NCBI GenBank assembly: GCA_040954595.2
Contig: CM082598.2
Span: 8,137,097-8,201,096 of the forward strand
Source of the DNA: Balanoglossus misakiensis
Taxonomy: Eukaryota; Animalia; Hemichordata
Length of the DNA stretch: 64,000 bases
Direction of reading: 5' to 3'
This document shows positions 13,605 to 27,048 of this stretch, one piece after another. Made by a program: the position numbers and the translations under genes. The notes under the pieces are model-generated. The model was not told the DNA's origin, did no database searches, and worked only from the letters and a program-made list of their open reading frames with translations. Numbering within the stretch: the stretch's first letter is position 1; the number at the start of each line of letters is the position of its first letter.

Positions 13605-14436
13605 GATTCACACCAATGAATATGCAAGTCATTCAGATCATTGGCGATTCGAGTCCACTGTGAAATCAGATCAGCGTCGAGTGGCTCGTCCCAAGGGAGA
13701 CCGCGTTTCCATAGCAACTGAACAAAGAGTTTCGCTCTAACATGAACTGGGGCGAGAAAACCAAGTGGGTCAAACAATTTAGCCGCAGAACTAACAACAT
13801 CACGTTTTGTCGTTAGCGCAGTGGGAACCGGTGTCTCGTCGTGCTTTGTGTAAGTTACCGTGTCGGTTTCGGGTTTCCAGCGTAATCCGAGTAAGGACAT
13901 CTCTGTTGAGGGATCAGCGATATTGTCCCGTTCAGCGAGTTCGCGTATCTGTGAACTGTTGGACGACCAAGCGCGTAGTTTGAACCCACATGTCTGCATG
14001 AGTCGATTAGCTTCATTGAAATAGGAAACCGCGTTTTCATTAGAGTCAGCGCCGTCGATCACGTTGTCGACATAAATGTTGCGCTTCAAGTCAGCTGCTG
14101 TCGGCGTGGGAGTGTTACTCTCCAGGTGAGTTTTGATCACGGCGTTAAGAATAAACGGCGAGCATGCCGCTCCGAAAAGGACCGATTTGAACTGATACAC
14201 ATCATAGATCATAGTTGCTTTCGGGGTCACGAATGTCCGATAACCAAAGAAATTTGGTGTATAGGCGTTCTTCCTTTTGGAGGCGGATATTTAAGAAGGC
14301 CCTCTCGATATCACTAGTAAAGGCGACACGATTGGCGCGGAATCGTAGCAATATACCGGGTAAATCGTTTATCCGAGAAGGTCCGGAGACAGTCATTCAA
14401 ACTCGGTGAATCTGGACTTTGCTGTGCGCTGCACTC
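13605..14436 (-). pseudogene. BEL/Pao LTR-retrotransposon pol fragment (RT plus Pao RNase H region)
   Basis: Motifs SLNDCL..GP, LLRFR, SDIERAFLNI, VLFGAACSPFIL, IYVDNV, LLGLRW, TKRDVVS, LFDPLG, LWKRGLPWDEPL. Frameshifted and truncated at both ends. Confidence 0.92.
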
Positions 14437-14639
14437 TATGGAAAGCCGTTGGGGACCCCCGACAACTTCTCTCAATACATGGGTAAAGTCCATAGACAAA
14501 TGATAGGAACGCATATGCTGAAAATATTACGCACATAGGGTGCCGACGCCGTAATCTAAAATGCCGGTAACAACCAAATTTTTGCCGACACCTTTACTTA
14601 ATCTACCGGCGCCGAAATAATCACAACCGGTGATTTGAT

Positions 14640-14973
14640 GAGTTGTCGCATCGGCGTTTCTACAGAGTTGTCGCATCGGCGGTTCTGGAGAGTTGTCGCA
14701 TCGGCGTTTCAGCTAGAGAGATGTCGCATCGGCGTTTCTGGAGAGTTTTGTCGCACTGGCATATTTCTACACATGCGCATTGGCGTTTCAGCTAGAGTTT
14801 TCTCGCATCGGCGTTTCTGGAGAGTTTTGTCGCACCAGCATTCTACACATGCGCATTGGCGTTTCAGCTAGAGTTTTCTCGCATCGGCGTTTCTGGAGAG
14901 TTTTGTCGCACCAGCATTCTACAAATGCGCATTGGCGTTTCAGCTAGAGAGTTATCGCATCGGCGTTTCTGGA
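14640..14973. repeat. Tandem repeat array (GTCGCATCGGCGTTTC core)
   Basis: About 12 copies of a 24-29-bp unit, with a higher-order ~78-bp period in the second half. Confidence 0.9.
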
Positions 14974-15652
14974 GTTAAAATGTTATCTTCTGATTTCCTT
15001 GTCATGAAACTGCAATTATAAGTGAGACTCAAGTTTAATGGGCTGTATGCATGCAGTTCATTTGCCTTGAGAGGAACAATCAAACGTATTGTTGACTTGT
15101 TACTATTCTGATTGTGATAATGATATAGTTCTCACACCTGTCCCCCCCACCCTTTTCTGTCTCTGCTTTGGGCATCATTTCATCAGCCAACCTTGTCAAT
15201 TCCTCGCCTTCAGCCTTTGTTTAGTTGTCAACATTTAATTGAATGTGGGAGGGAAGTTACATTTTATTTTTACCCCTTTTGTAATGAATAATTCCTGTTT
15301 GGCCAAACCATGCTTCAAAGATCAAATGTTTATCTTGTCAACATGGTGTATGTATATGTAGTATTTTTGACAATGAATTATAGTTATTTGGAGTCTCGGC
15401 TAAAATTCAAACCATGACAATAATATTGCACGTACACGGTTGCATGGTGTAATGATTTCCAGGCATTTAGACATGTCATAGGAAGTATAACAAGAATCTA
15501 CAGTTCATTCATAGAAGACAATTGAAACAATGAGAACTTATGTTGACAGGCAGTGAATTGAGTCAATTTGATGTCAGTGTCGGATAATTAGTTGTTGAAT
15601 GGCACAACATCTAGACACCCACTAAGCCATGTGTAATATTGTTATTGGCCAG

Positions 15653-18600
15653 GTTCTTTGGTATGTTGGAAGCAATGGAGAAGAAGACCAATGGAGGAGA
15701 GTTCTATTCACTGATGAGGAGAAGAAACTGGTATTCCAACAATGCCATGATTCACCAATGGGGGCACATATTGGCAGGAAGAGATCCAAGAAGAAGATGG
15801 CATCAGTATGTTACTGGAGAGGCATGGATGCTGACATTGATCGTTGGGTAAATTACACATTATATGTAGACTGCTGTATCTTGCCTTGGTAGTTGACAGT
15901 TTGGAAGTTTGATAAACACAAGAGCATCCGTGCATTCACTTCAAATCTTGTTATTATTTCTTTCAGATTGATACATGTGACAAATGTCAGCGGTTTGAGA
16001 AGGTAAAAACCATGGCACCTCAATTAAAACCGATAAAGGTGACACAACCTTGGCATCTGCTTGGTATGGATTTATTTGGTCCTCTGAAACCAACCAAGAA
16101 TGGCTACCAGTATGTTTTGACAGTGACAGACTATTTTACAAAATGGCCAGAAGCATATCCACTCCGTTACAAAACTGCTACTGAGGTTGCTGCCTGTCTG
16201 GTTGACACCTTTTACAGGTAAGTTTGCATAGATTTTAGTTTTCTCCTATTTGTGCATACCCTGCTGTACATGTATTTTTAAATCTGTTCTCTTTTTCATA
16301 ATCTGTATAATTAACACAGTCAAACTGATTCTATTTGTTGGCAGTTTACATAGTGTATTTCAATCTATGTTCATAACTAATAACTTAACTCTGATGAAAT
16401 ACCGTACAATTTTACACTTGATTGATTAGTTAACATCTACTTTTAATTGGCAGGTTCGGTATGCCATCAAGAATCATTTCGGATCAAGGAAGAGAATTCA
16501 TAAATGAGGTTGGTAACAACATGTTCATTTTGTTCTGATATCCGAACTTCTCTATTTTTGGAGATTTGTTGGCCTTTTTTCTTTATTATCGATCACAAAA
16601 TCTCTGAAACTGCTGGATCAATCGCTCTCAAATTTGGCATGATGTGTAAGGATGTTGTTCGTCATATTTGTTCAAATCAAAGCAAAAATAGCACTATCAT
16701 ATTTTGGGCCACTTTGTGTCATTTTTGGTCCAAAAATTATATTTATATGTACCATTTCTGATCAAATTGGATTACAGTGACCTCAATGTAATATTTATTT
16801 AGAGCTAAGTTTTAATTTTTTATTTTAGCATTTTCAACATAGGCTATTTTATCTCATCACTTTCCTGTTTCCGTTGTTGTGATGGTGGTACATTCTTGCT
16901 GGTTTTCCCGAGTTGATAGTTCTAGTGCACATTTGCAGAGGGGACAGCTAGTTTTTCCAGACTTCCATCAGCAAGGCTACCAAACATGTATTGTTATAGT
17001 AACATATCAGTTGATACCAAGTCTATCCACACTTCTTTCATTCAATCATTAAAACAGATTGGTCAATACACCCTGTCATTGAATCCCTCCACACGCGATG
17101 ACTTGCTAGGACGTTGTGTTGACATGTACACATATGTCAGGTATACATATGTGATAATGAATTGTTCCCGCTTTCAGGTAAATAAGAGGATTTTTGAGCT
17201 TGTTGGTATAGAGCACAGTGATGGTGCTGCTTATCATCCTCAGACAAATGGACTGGATGAAAAAACCAACCATACAGTAAAAACTGCGATTAGCAAGGTG
17301 GTAAACAAAAACCAAGATGACTGGGATGAATTCCTTAATTCTGTGATGTTTGGACTTCGCACTGCACAACAAACAACAACAAAGTATACACCATTCTATC
17401 TGATGTTTCATAGACGAGCAAAATTACAATTTGAGGTGAGTTGATATTGTCATGTGCAACACAAATGAATCAGGTTAATTAAACGTTTTTCTGCTTTTAA
17501 CATGACATAATACTTGCAGCAGTGTATAAATATGCTTTTGTAGGTATTATTACAAACCATTATTTGTTTGCATTTGGTGGAACCTAGGTAGCCATGGTGT
17601 TTGTACATTAAGTAAAAATCCCAGTGTCAATGCAGCAACCTCCAGATTAAAGCTTGTAAATTGTTATTATTGTGCAAAAGATTGGAAGCATTATTCAACA
17701 AAATGTAAAAAATAATTTTATATTTTAAAGGGACAAAGTCTCGCTCTAACTGCCCTTTTTCCATTAATTATGTTTGATACAAGACACTGTTTGTGTTATT
17801 CAACATGTGGATATATAGTGAATCAATAACTTGAAACATACTTTATGAAGAACTTCTTCTTGTGATCCATGGAATGTGATGAATCATTATACATTTCGCA
17901 TGTCCAGGTTGCACATTTACAGGAAGTGATGGGGGAAAAGTTTGATGTGGATGACAGAGAAAGGGATGAATACGTGGCTTGTATTGTAACAAAGATGACA
18001 GAACTTCATGAAAAGGTATGTACTTATTTAATGAAATCTATTGAATGAGATAATTGGATTGTGAAATTGAGATATTAAGACCACCTTTGATGCTGATATG
18101 ACATGGCAGTGTTTCAATTGGTTACCCACCAAACTGTACATGGGTGAAAAGGAGTGAAAGTCAGTATTGTTAGCTAGGAACATGAACCAAAGTGAAACAA
18201 ATATGCAAAGAAAATGTTTTGATGTGTTCACAATTTGCGTTCTTTGTAAAGCTGTTGGGGATTCAAAAATTACTATTGTTCGAAATCAATCCATCCATCC
18301 ATCCATCCATCCATACATACATACATACACATAAACTCAGTGAAACTAATTACAAGGCCATTCTTCTCTCAAATGTAAAGGTGTTATCAAATATTGAAAT
18401 TGCTCAAGAGAAGCAGAAAACGCAGTACAAGGAGAGTCATAGTAAAAGGGTGAAGACATTTCATTTCAGTCCTGGTGACAAGGTTCTTCGCTTAAATGCC
18501 CCCCAAAAAAGGTCGCCAGGGTGGGAAAATGGATGCTGAATGGTTGGGTCCATATATGTAAGTTCAATTTCTGGTTCTACTCATTGAAAATGTAAAAATG

Positions 18601-20164
18601 TAAAGTATAAACAAAGTAGGCACATGGGAATGCTATAAGTATTATTTGAATATTTGTATTGAATCGGTAAATTTACATTGTTGCCAATATATATATCAGT
18701 TCTGTCACAATAGTGGTGTGCACACAGGGGTTCTCACGTTTGTTGGTGGTGTCTTCACACAATATTGGTGACATAGCAGTATATCCTCTATTTTGATTAA
18801 GCAAATTGAAAACAGCACAGTACTCAATTTACTGTAATAATTGTCAAGCATTACAGTTATCTGACTCATTACTTATTTTACCATAGTATTCCGAGGACAG
18901 TTTCTTTACCAGGTCTCATATATTTTTTTATCCTACTTTTATTTGTTATACATTGTAACAAAGATGTGTTTTCTTGTTTCTTCTTACAGAATTGATGATA
19001 TAACAAAGAGGAATATAATCAAACTAGTGGATAGGAAATTGGAAAAAAGGAGTGTCATATAGCCATTTAAAGCCATACAAGGAACAGCAAACTCCAGATA
19101 CCATCACCCTCCAAGAAGAAGAACTTCCATCCCTCTTAACAAGTCTATCACCAGTATCGCAGCCAACAACCAACCCACCACCAGTATCACAGCCAACAAC
19201 CAACCCACCACCAGTATCGCAGCCAACAACCAACCCACCACCAGTATCGCAGCCAACACCCAACCCACCACCAGTATCGCGGCCAACACCCAACCCACCA
19301 CCAGTATCGCAACCAACACCCAACCCACCACCAGTATCGCGGCCAACAACCAACCCACCACCAGTATCGCAGCCAACACCCAACCCACCACCAGTATCAC
19401 AGCCACCAGTCAAGCCGTTAAAACCCTCAAAGAGTCAAAATCAATACATCAATGCCATGAAGAAAATTTTATCATCAAGAGCTGATTGGCTGAACTGTGA
19501 CATAATCAATCACAGCCAGTACCTAATGCAGCAGCAGTATCCGATTATTGATGGTTTACAGGACATTAGTGTTATAACTGCAGGTGTCTTTGTCGGAACT
19601 CCTAAGAGAGAATTTATTCAAATTTTGAACATTAATAGAAATCACTGGGTTGCAGCGTCTAACTTAAACTGTCCAGTTGGAACCGTTAAACTGTATGATT
19701 CTATGTCACCTTCTATAGACCAAAGTGCAATAAAGTCATTAGCATGGATGTTGTACCACAGTGGTCCCACCATTAAAGTTTTCTGGCCTGATGTACACCA
19801 ACAGATTGGTGCATCAGACTGTGGTTTGTTTGCTGTGGCTAATGCTCTTGCACTTTGTGCTGGTGCTGATCCAGCAGACATAACCTGGGACCAGGAAAGC
19901 ATGCGCTCTCATTTGAGTAATTGTTTTGATAAAGGCAAACTTAGCCCTTTTCCAGTAAGTGAAGTACACCATAGAAAATGTTTACCCCCAAAAATGACCT
20001 CAATACGCATTTTTTGTCATTGTAGACAACCTTATGACCCTTATGACAAAGAGTCATTAATGGTCCATTGTCAAGTGTGTAGACAGTTGTACCACACTTC
20101 ATGTGAAAATATGCCAAAAGATGCCTGTTTAACCAATTATCCATTAATATGTTCCCGTTGTTAG
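15653..20164 (+). CDS. Ginger1/GIN-type DDE integrase fused to Pro-rich linker, Ulp1 (C48) protease and PHD finger; spliced, 2 frameshifts
   Basis: Phase-compatible exons: 15653-15847, 15967-16217, 16454-16508, 17178-17435, 17908-18015, 18381-18557, 18990-20164. Motifs: H2C2 (CHDSPMGAHIG..CDKCQ), GMDLFGP, ISDQGREF, YHPQTNGLDE, WLGPY; NHWV..LYDS..QQIGASDCG; C-terminal CxC..CxxC..HxxC..CxxC. Frameshifts at ~18505 and ~19045. 5' exon not found. Confidence 0.88.
19147..19410 (+). repeat. Coding 30-bp minisatellite (PPPVSQPTTN)x~9
   Basis: In-frame tandem CCACCAGTATCGCAGCCAACAACCAACCCA units. Confidence 0.95.
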
Positions 20165-20849
20165 AAGACTTTTTTTTTCAATGTAAATGTGTCTTTCATT
20201 TCATGCGTATCTGTGTTATGCTGATACTAAATTATTCGCTCATCTTTCCTTGTGTTTTTCTCCAGTGGTGATAATTGAAATAATACCAGAAGTCTCTCAA
20301 AGGTTTCATAAGTTGCATTGATAATGTGATTAAGCCTGCTTGTTATGTGACATTAACTAGGTTTACAAGAAAATCTATTTTCTTTATTATCAAAATGTCA
20401 AACTACCAACACATAATGTAAGGGGTCCAAATGTCGTGTGATACTGTCAGTTGTATGTAAAACAAACTTTACTTTTCAATAACTTTGTACATTAACTTAG
20501 CATTCTATGCAAAATTTATTTTAGAAAATGTCAAAACTGCTCTAACATGATGAATAACCCGTGAGAAAGTTTAGTCTTTTCACTTGTCATTTACTGGTTA
20601 ACCATTTCCTATCATTTGAATATAAGATATATGTACAACAACAGTAACGCCTCAGAAATGCTGATTTTTTCCCCAGTGATATTCTCCCATGCATCAACTT
20701 CAGCTTGATGTTCTTCTCTGGATAGCTTTATGAAATGTTTAGTCTTTAGCCTGTACTAGCTGTGGAAACACTGCTATTCGACAAATGAAAATATAATATT
20801 AAAGATCATAAATTGAAGTGTACCGTATAAATTTTCCTACAGATTTCTG

Positions 20850-21521
20850 CCTACTTTCCCCCATCTGCAACCAGTCATTCAAAGTAAGTCAGGGAAGACA
20901 AATACAGTCTTGATAATCGCCATGGTAATCGCCGTGGTCGGTTAATCTGCATTAACTTTAATTATTCAACATACTGTCAACCCAAGTAAAACCAATTTCA
21001 AAAGTTGCCATAAAAACAAGTTCAATATGGTGTTATCTTAATTTAGAGTTTCCAAACAAGTGTGAACTGATTTAATTTCCTCTCACAATCATGAACGACA
21101 ATTTGTAAATTTCAGTTTACAGCAGCGGCCTGTAGCCCTGTGTACAGACAATATGGCAACATTTTCGGAAATTTCTATTCACAGGCAAAAAAAATTATGA
21201 AGTGATAATACATCGTTGTCTTTTCATATATCAACAGTCATAGAAAAACGCGCTGAGCTGCGAGCGACAGATGCACTGAAACGGATCGACATACTTATCG
21301 TTGGTTCCTTTGGCTGTTCGAACAATTGAGCTAAATTACAAGTACATGTAATTGAATGTGAAAGTCATTTACAATATTGTTTGGGGGTTTAAATTTATTT
21401 GCCAGCACGCAGCAGTATCGACTAAAGGCTTGGGCGCTAACTGGCCTCTTGAACCTGTTCCAAGGGCGCATCAAGTGTTTAACTGGGGGACCACGCAATC
21501 ACGCGACCGGTCCAGAAAACT
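20850..21521. repeat. Dispersed repeat, homolog at ~43895-44480
   Basis: Shared blocks TCTTGATAATCGCCATGG, GAGCTAAATTACA, GTAATTGAATGTGAAAGTCATTTACAA, GCCAGCACGCAG in the same order. Confidence 0.75.
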
Positions 21522-24189
21522 GTTACTAATATACGGTGCGCGTGAAATGTTTAAGAAAACAAAGGCAGTCTACTAATTGAATGCGTCGAACGCAAAATTC
21601 GGAGAATATTTACATTGGACGTAAATTTTTGTACATTCACCATTTCGCATGCACAGACGATCATCGTCGACCACTAAGTCATTTTTCGGCGATAAAAATG
21701 CTAATTACTACCAAATGGCTTTGTTAAAATATTGATAAATTATCTATGTTTCATGAAGTAGAATAAGAAATGGCGTTTAATTTATGTCTATGGCCTGAGT
21801 CAATGATGGTATTCACAATACAATAAAAATGACTGAAATACACATCCATTTTAATTAATAAACTCTCTAGAAATTTATGTTCAATTAAAATATCGCTGTA
21901 CACAAATTAAACGAGATGAGGTAAGAGGTATATTGACTAGATCATTATTACATTCGGAAGAAGCAGAAATTAAAACGAAGATCGAAACCTCAGGTCAGTG
22001 AGCTGGCAAATCCAAGGTTGAGGACGAGGTAGGTACAGATAAATTGTAAAAACGTATCTGAATTAGGAGTGTTTGTGGCGCTAAGGCAGGGACTGTGGTT
22101 ATTATATTACATCCCTTTATTGTGGCCCGACCTATAAATTTATTCTTAATGATTTTACATCCGGTCTTCAATATGTTTTAGAGCAGTTATTGGTGGTCTC
22201 AAAACTGGTTACAGTTTGAAGATCGGCCAACCCTAAGTGTGTTAAAAGTAATGCAAACTTAACCTCAAAACTGAATATTTTCCCTATACTTGAACATGCA
22301 TAATTACAATAGAATAAATTAAAATAAAAGACTAAATGAAATCAGATCTTTAAACCAAATAGTGTTTTGAATAGAGCAATTACTACTCTATATCATATAT
22401 AAAAGACAAAACAAATACATTAAAAAAAAATTTCCAAGTGTCCAAAAAAATTATTCTTTTGTTTTTATACATGTTAAGTCTATGGGCATTATTTCAGTCT
22501 ATTTTGCAACAACATTTGGAATACTTAATGGCGTCCACTCTCAAAAGTGTAAACTTTTTTATATTCTAGAACATCTCATGATGGTTTCTGGAAAGTTTCA
22601 TCTTTGAAATGCTTAAAATAAAAAAATAATCTTAAAAAAGCAAAGTGTATATTAAAAAAAAGCTAATTTACAGCTAATTTACAGAAGTTTGCTTTTTGGT
22701 CAAAAAAGTGCTTTTATGTTAAAATATTTAAATGTAACTTTTGTCAAGAGTTTATAGATAGACACTCTACTTGTGTACCAAATTTCGAGGTCAAAGGTCA
22801 AAGGATAATGAAATCCGACATAGGTAAACCAACAACTATAAGCAATGGCGAAGTTGACCTTCACCTTCGAATTTCAAAATTTTTTCACCACACCACATTA
22901 AAACAACTTATTATCAATCTATCCTGTAATTTTCAGTGGTTTCCAACTATATTAAGGGGGTGACACCGCGTACCCTAAAAAGTATGTTTTTTTCAATAGG
23001 TTTTTCCGCAATAACTTTTCAAGGTCAAGTTCAAAGTTGGTCAAATTTTAGTATGTTATAGAACTCGCCGAGACCTTTCTGAAAATATATAGTTTGTTAT
23101 GGTTTATGTAAAAGTACCTACCAAGAAATCCGTCCATGCACAATTTGGACTTGCCGTCTGGAGCAACTTGCATATACCCACCAAGGCATTTTTTTGGCCT
23201 TTCTAAAAATGTTTCTTTTAAAGGCTGGGGTTAGACAGGGGACCAAAATCAATAACAACAACCTAAAAGATAACAAAATAAATCCAAACAATTTTTTCTA
23301 ACCCTCTTTTTTTGGCCAAACAAGACATAAGTTGGGCATTGGGGGACTCGACCTTAAAAAAACATGGAAGGGTTGACTTGTTTTTGTTGATATTTTTTGT
23401 TGTTGTTGTTTACATGTTTACCTACATTGTATCAAAAGGAGGGGTAAAACAAACATTGGCAAGGAAGTAGGGTTAGAGCCCGAAATCTCAGGTCCCCTAA
23501 TGCCCGTTGGACCCTAATTAGGGTTAGGGTTAGGGGGTTTAAGATCACATACTGGTACATGTGTATGTTTTGTGAGTTGTGTGATGTATTTTGTAGTACA
23601 AGGGATGTCAATACATCCATACAGGAGTGCCTATATGAGCGCAAGTCTCTTTTCAGGATTTCTCTGTAACACTTCAAATTTTTGACATTATCGGTGTCAT
23701 CCTTGCACAAAAATTAATGACCCTCCCCTTGACAAGTGCCCAAAATGTAGCGGCCCTCCCCCAAACCGTTGCATGAGAAATGGTGACCCTAACCCCAATC
23801 GCACCGCCCCCCCCCCTGTTAATTCTGACCAGGCCCTTACCGCGCGGCCGATGCCTCCCCTAAGTTGGCAGTAGTTTCGACTAGAATTTCCACTGCAAAC
23901 CAAAACATGGTTCATGCACGCAAACTTATGTAAGAGTAAAAGCTCGGGTCATCAGTAACATGTGTCTGAAATATTGCATTTTCTTGTGTGAAAGTTTTGC
24001 CATCCAACGTGCATGTAAGGCTGTGCATGAATGTACATTGTACTGCACTGTAAACTTGGACATTGCATTACCGCAAGGATTTAATTTCATTCCACCAACA
24101 AATCAGGGCCATGGGCAGATATTCACCCATTTAGGCCGTAACCATCACTTTTAGCTTTCAATAGTTAACATGACTTTAGTTGGGGTCTT

Positions 24190-24387
24190 AATCGGCAACG
24201 GGGCTGAAATCGGCAGCTTTACCTGCCGATCTTATCCCTTAGAAGCCATGGTTTGTTTGTCAAGGCATGCGCGGGACGTATTCGGCACGGGGCCGAATTC
24301 GGCACAACACCGGCATTTTCTCTGATTTTCTGAGCATGCGCAGTCACCACTGCAAACAGAACTTGTGGAGCGAAGTTGTAGTGAAGG
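24190..24387 (+). promoter_or_regulatory. CpG-rich putative promoter and first non-coding exon
   Basis: Local CpG enrichment, two GCATGCGC (NRF1-like) motifs, and a strong donor AAG|GTAAGA at 24387/24388 upstream of the acceptor at 25701. Confidence 0.45.
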
Positions 24388-25706
24388 TAAGAAAAGTTAT
24401 GTTCGTTTGTCAAGTCCTTTCCGCTAGTTTTCTCGGAATCCACTGTCTCGTCTGTGTTATCTTGTTTAATTTACTGTTTCCTAAACTCTTTTCGTGAAAA
24501 AAATGTCTGGTTCGTTTACGTATTTCCGCCGATCATCCAGGGAGAAAGTTCTCAACTTGAAATGATTGCTATTGATATGCTAATATGGCGCTCGCACGAG
24601 GTTAACTGAATGTCCATTTTGGGTGAGGGTCAGAGTTCGCTAGCTGGCTGTGTGGAAATCTTACTGGTACTCCTTGGAAAAGTGGCTGCAATTTGTAAAC
24701 GGACAAGAGATTTTGTTCAGGAATTTAGTTTGGGAACAGAAAATAGTCAGTTCAGGGAGGTATAGGTCATTTTTTACTGTTCAAATGTTAACCCAAGTTG
24801 GGTTCCTGTTGGGAGTCCATAGCTGTTTGTTTTATGAGCCTACAGATAGTGAAACTGATAGTGACACAGCTGAAAAAAACATGGGTTGATTACATTATTG
24901 GTTGGTTTCTATGGACACATGCATTTCAATTAGATGTGATGTTCTTGTTTTTTATGTATAATGTTTGCACCTAAAGTGGTAAATTTATGAACAAGTCTAC
25001 AGACCTTTTTCAGCAACAGTCAAAACGCAACTGTGTCATAATAATGCACTGGAATATGTTGAAAAGCTGAAAAAAGAGAGTTCAACATAATTTAGAAAAG
25101 AACAAAAAGAAATGTAACAGATGATATACACTGTCATGGAATCTCCATGAATTTGACTGAACTCTTTATTTGAACTTTGACTTTTCTTTCTTATGACATT
25201 CATGTAAATTTACATGATTTATTCCGATTTACCAACCAATTTATAAACTGTAATTTTACAACATTTTTTCACTATAATGCCCCGATTTCGACTATGATAT
25301 TTCACACTTGAATAAGGTATGATAAAATAAACAAATTTTGACAGTTAAGTTTACAACAGAAATTAAATTAAAAGAAACTTCATCAAGAAGTCGCCAGATT
25401 TCATAACCGTTCATAGATTTCTGTCTGGGACAAATATAACCCAATTTGTTTCCTTTGTTTATTTGTTTTTCTAGTATTGATGCGATAAGCCTGTTGTATA
25501 TGTAATACTTGTCTGTGCAATTTTTGAGAACAATTAGAATTTCCTACCAAAATTGTTTATAAACTGATAAAATGAACAATCTAACAATTCAGATATTTTC
25601 CAATATAATTAGGATAAAGTTAGGCCCTGATCTATTCAGTTTGTGTCGATATACAACTAAACTGATACAATACTGGTGTTATACCTTTGTTACACTTGCA
25701 GACATC

Positions 25707-27048
25707 ATGTTACTGGCCCAAAAATTGCAAACTTCATATAGAAACCAAGACACTGTGGCAAATGATGTCATCCTTCGCTTCAGAGATGGTCAGACGAGAA
25801 GGGCCCATTCATTGGTGATGTGTCTTTTTTCGGATGTGTTTGCCGTCCGTTTGCATTCGGAATGGGCCAAAGACAACACCATTGATTGTTCTGACTTTGA
25901 TCCCTTACTCATGCAAAATGTCATTGATGATTTTTATCTTGAAAAGTTAAATATTACAAGTGAAAATGTTGAAGATTATGTGGAGATATGTAACTTTTAC
26001 ATGATAGATTCTTTAAAAGAGAAATGTGAATCATTTTTAATTTCCAACATTGTAACTTCCCGCAGTATTAGAGACCTTGTATTTTGTCAGAAATACCAGT
26101 TAGATAGTACTTTTGAACACTGTCTGTCAATAATTGATCAGAATGGTGTTAAACTGTTTAATTCTGAGCAAGTTTTGGAAGATTTTCTTCAACTTCCGGA
26201 AAGCATAGTTGTAAAAATAATTCAGCGTCAGACGCTTTCGGTAAAGGAAGACACACTTTTGAATGCATTGTTTTTATGGGTGGAAAGGAAACTCAAGGGT
26301 GTCAATGACAATGATATGGATGCCCCCTTTTTGTTTTGAGCCATTTCTTCCCCACATCCGTTTGTTGTCGTTAAGTGAAGAAGGTATTCATCGACTAATT
26401 TCTGAACAAATTTTGTGTTATGAAGATGTCTTCCAGATATTAAAAGCAGTTCGACATCCTGGATGCAATTTTCCTCTTCCTGGTTATGTGGATGTAATCA
26501 CAAGAAATGTGGTTCCAAATAATGCCATTGTGGCGCGGCGTTTCATCAATGAAACATATCCAAACACATGGAAAGGAAACCAATTTGAGGGTGACAGGAT
26601 TTCCTTTTCAGTGGATGTTTCTGTCTCACTGCTAGGTGTTTATGTGTTTGGAAATACAGATGAAAGTGTCCATGCTCATGTCACAATATTAAATCATCAA
26701 CAATCTGTTGTGTACAATACAGAAGCCTCAAACACTTCGCCCCAGAATACCTTTCCTGTTGTCTTCAGTAAGGTGATTAAAATCCCACCCAATGTAGATT
26801 ATTCAGTTGTCTGTCAAATCAGAGGAAATAAAGAAACATCATTCGGGTCACGTTGGATCTCTCGCCGAAGAATCACAACATTAAAAAGTACTGATTTCTG
26901 GGTGACATTTAAAAATTTCAGTATGCAAGGTCTGAGCAATGGCACAGATGTCAGTCAGGGGCAAATCCCGTCACTAATATTCTTTGATATAAAAATAAAG
27001 GTGTTGTTTGGCAGGACATGGTGTATTGGTTTCTGGCACCCATCTTGA
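25707..27048 (+). CDS. BTB-BACK-PHR protein (BTBD1/2/3/6-like), coding region intronless, one frameshift
   Basis: Acceptor TTGCAG|ACATCATG. BTB (DVILRF..AHSLVMCLFSDVF), BACK (FLQLP..KEDTLLNALFLWVE), PHIRL, PHR (DRISFSVD..LLGVYVFG..SNGTDVSQGQIPSLIF). +1 shift in a T run at ~26330. Confidence 0.85.

Noticed and set aside
14437-14447. TATGGAAAGCC identical to the IS3EU left tip
   Set aside because: Only 11 bp; no repeat array, partner end or TSD found.
23518-23535. (TTAGGG)3
   Set aside because: Too short to call an interstitial telomere.
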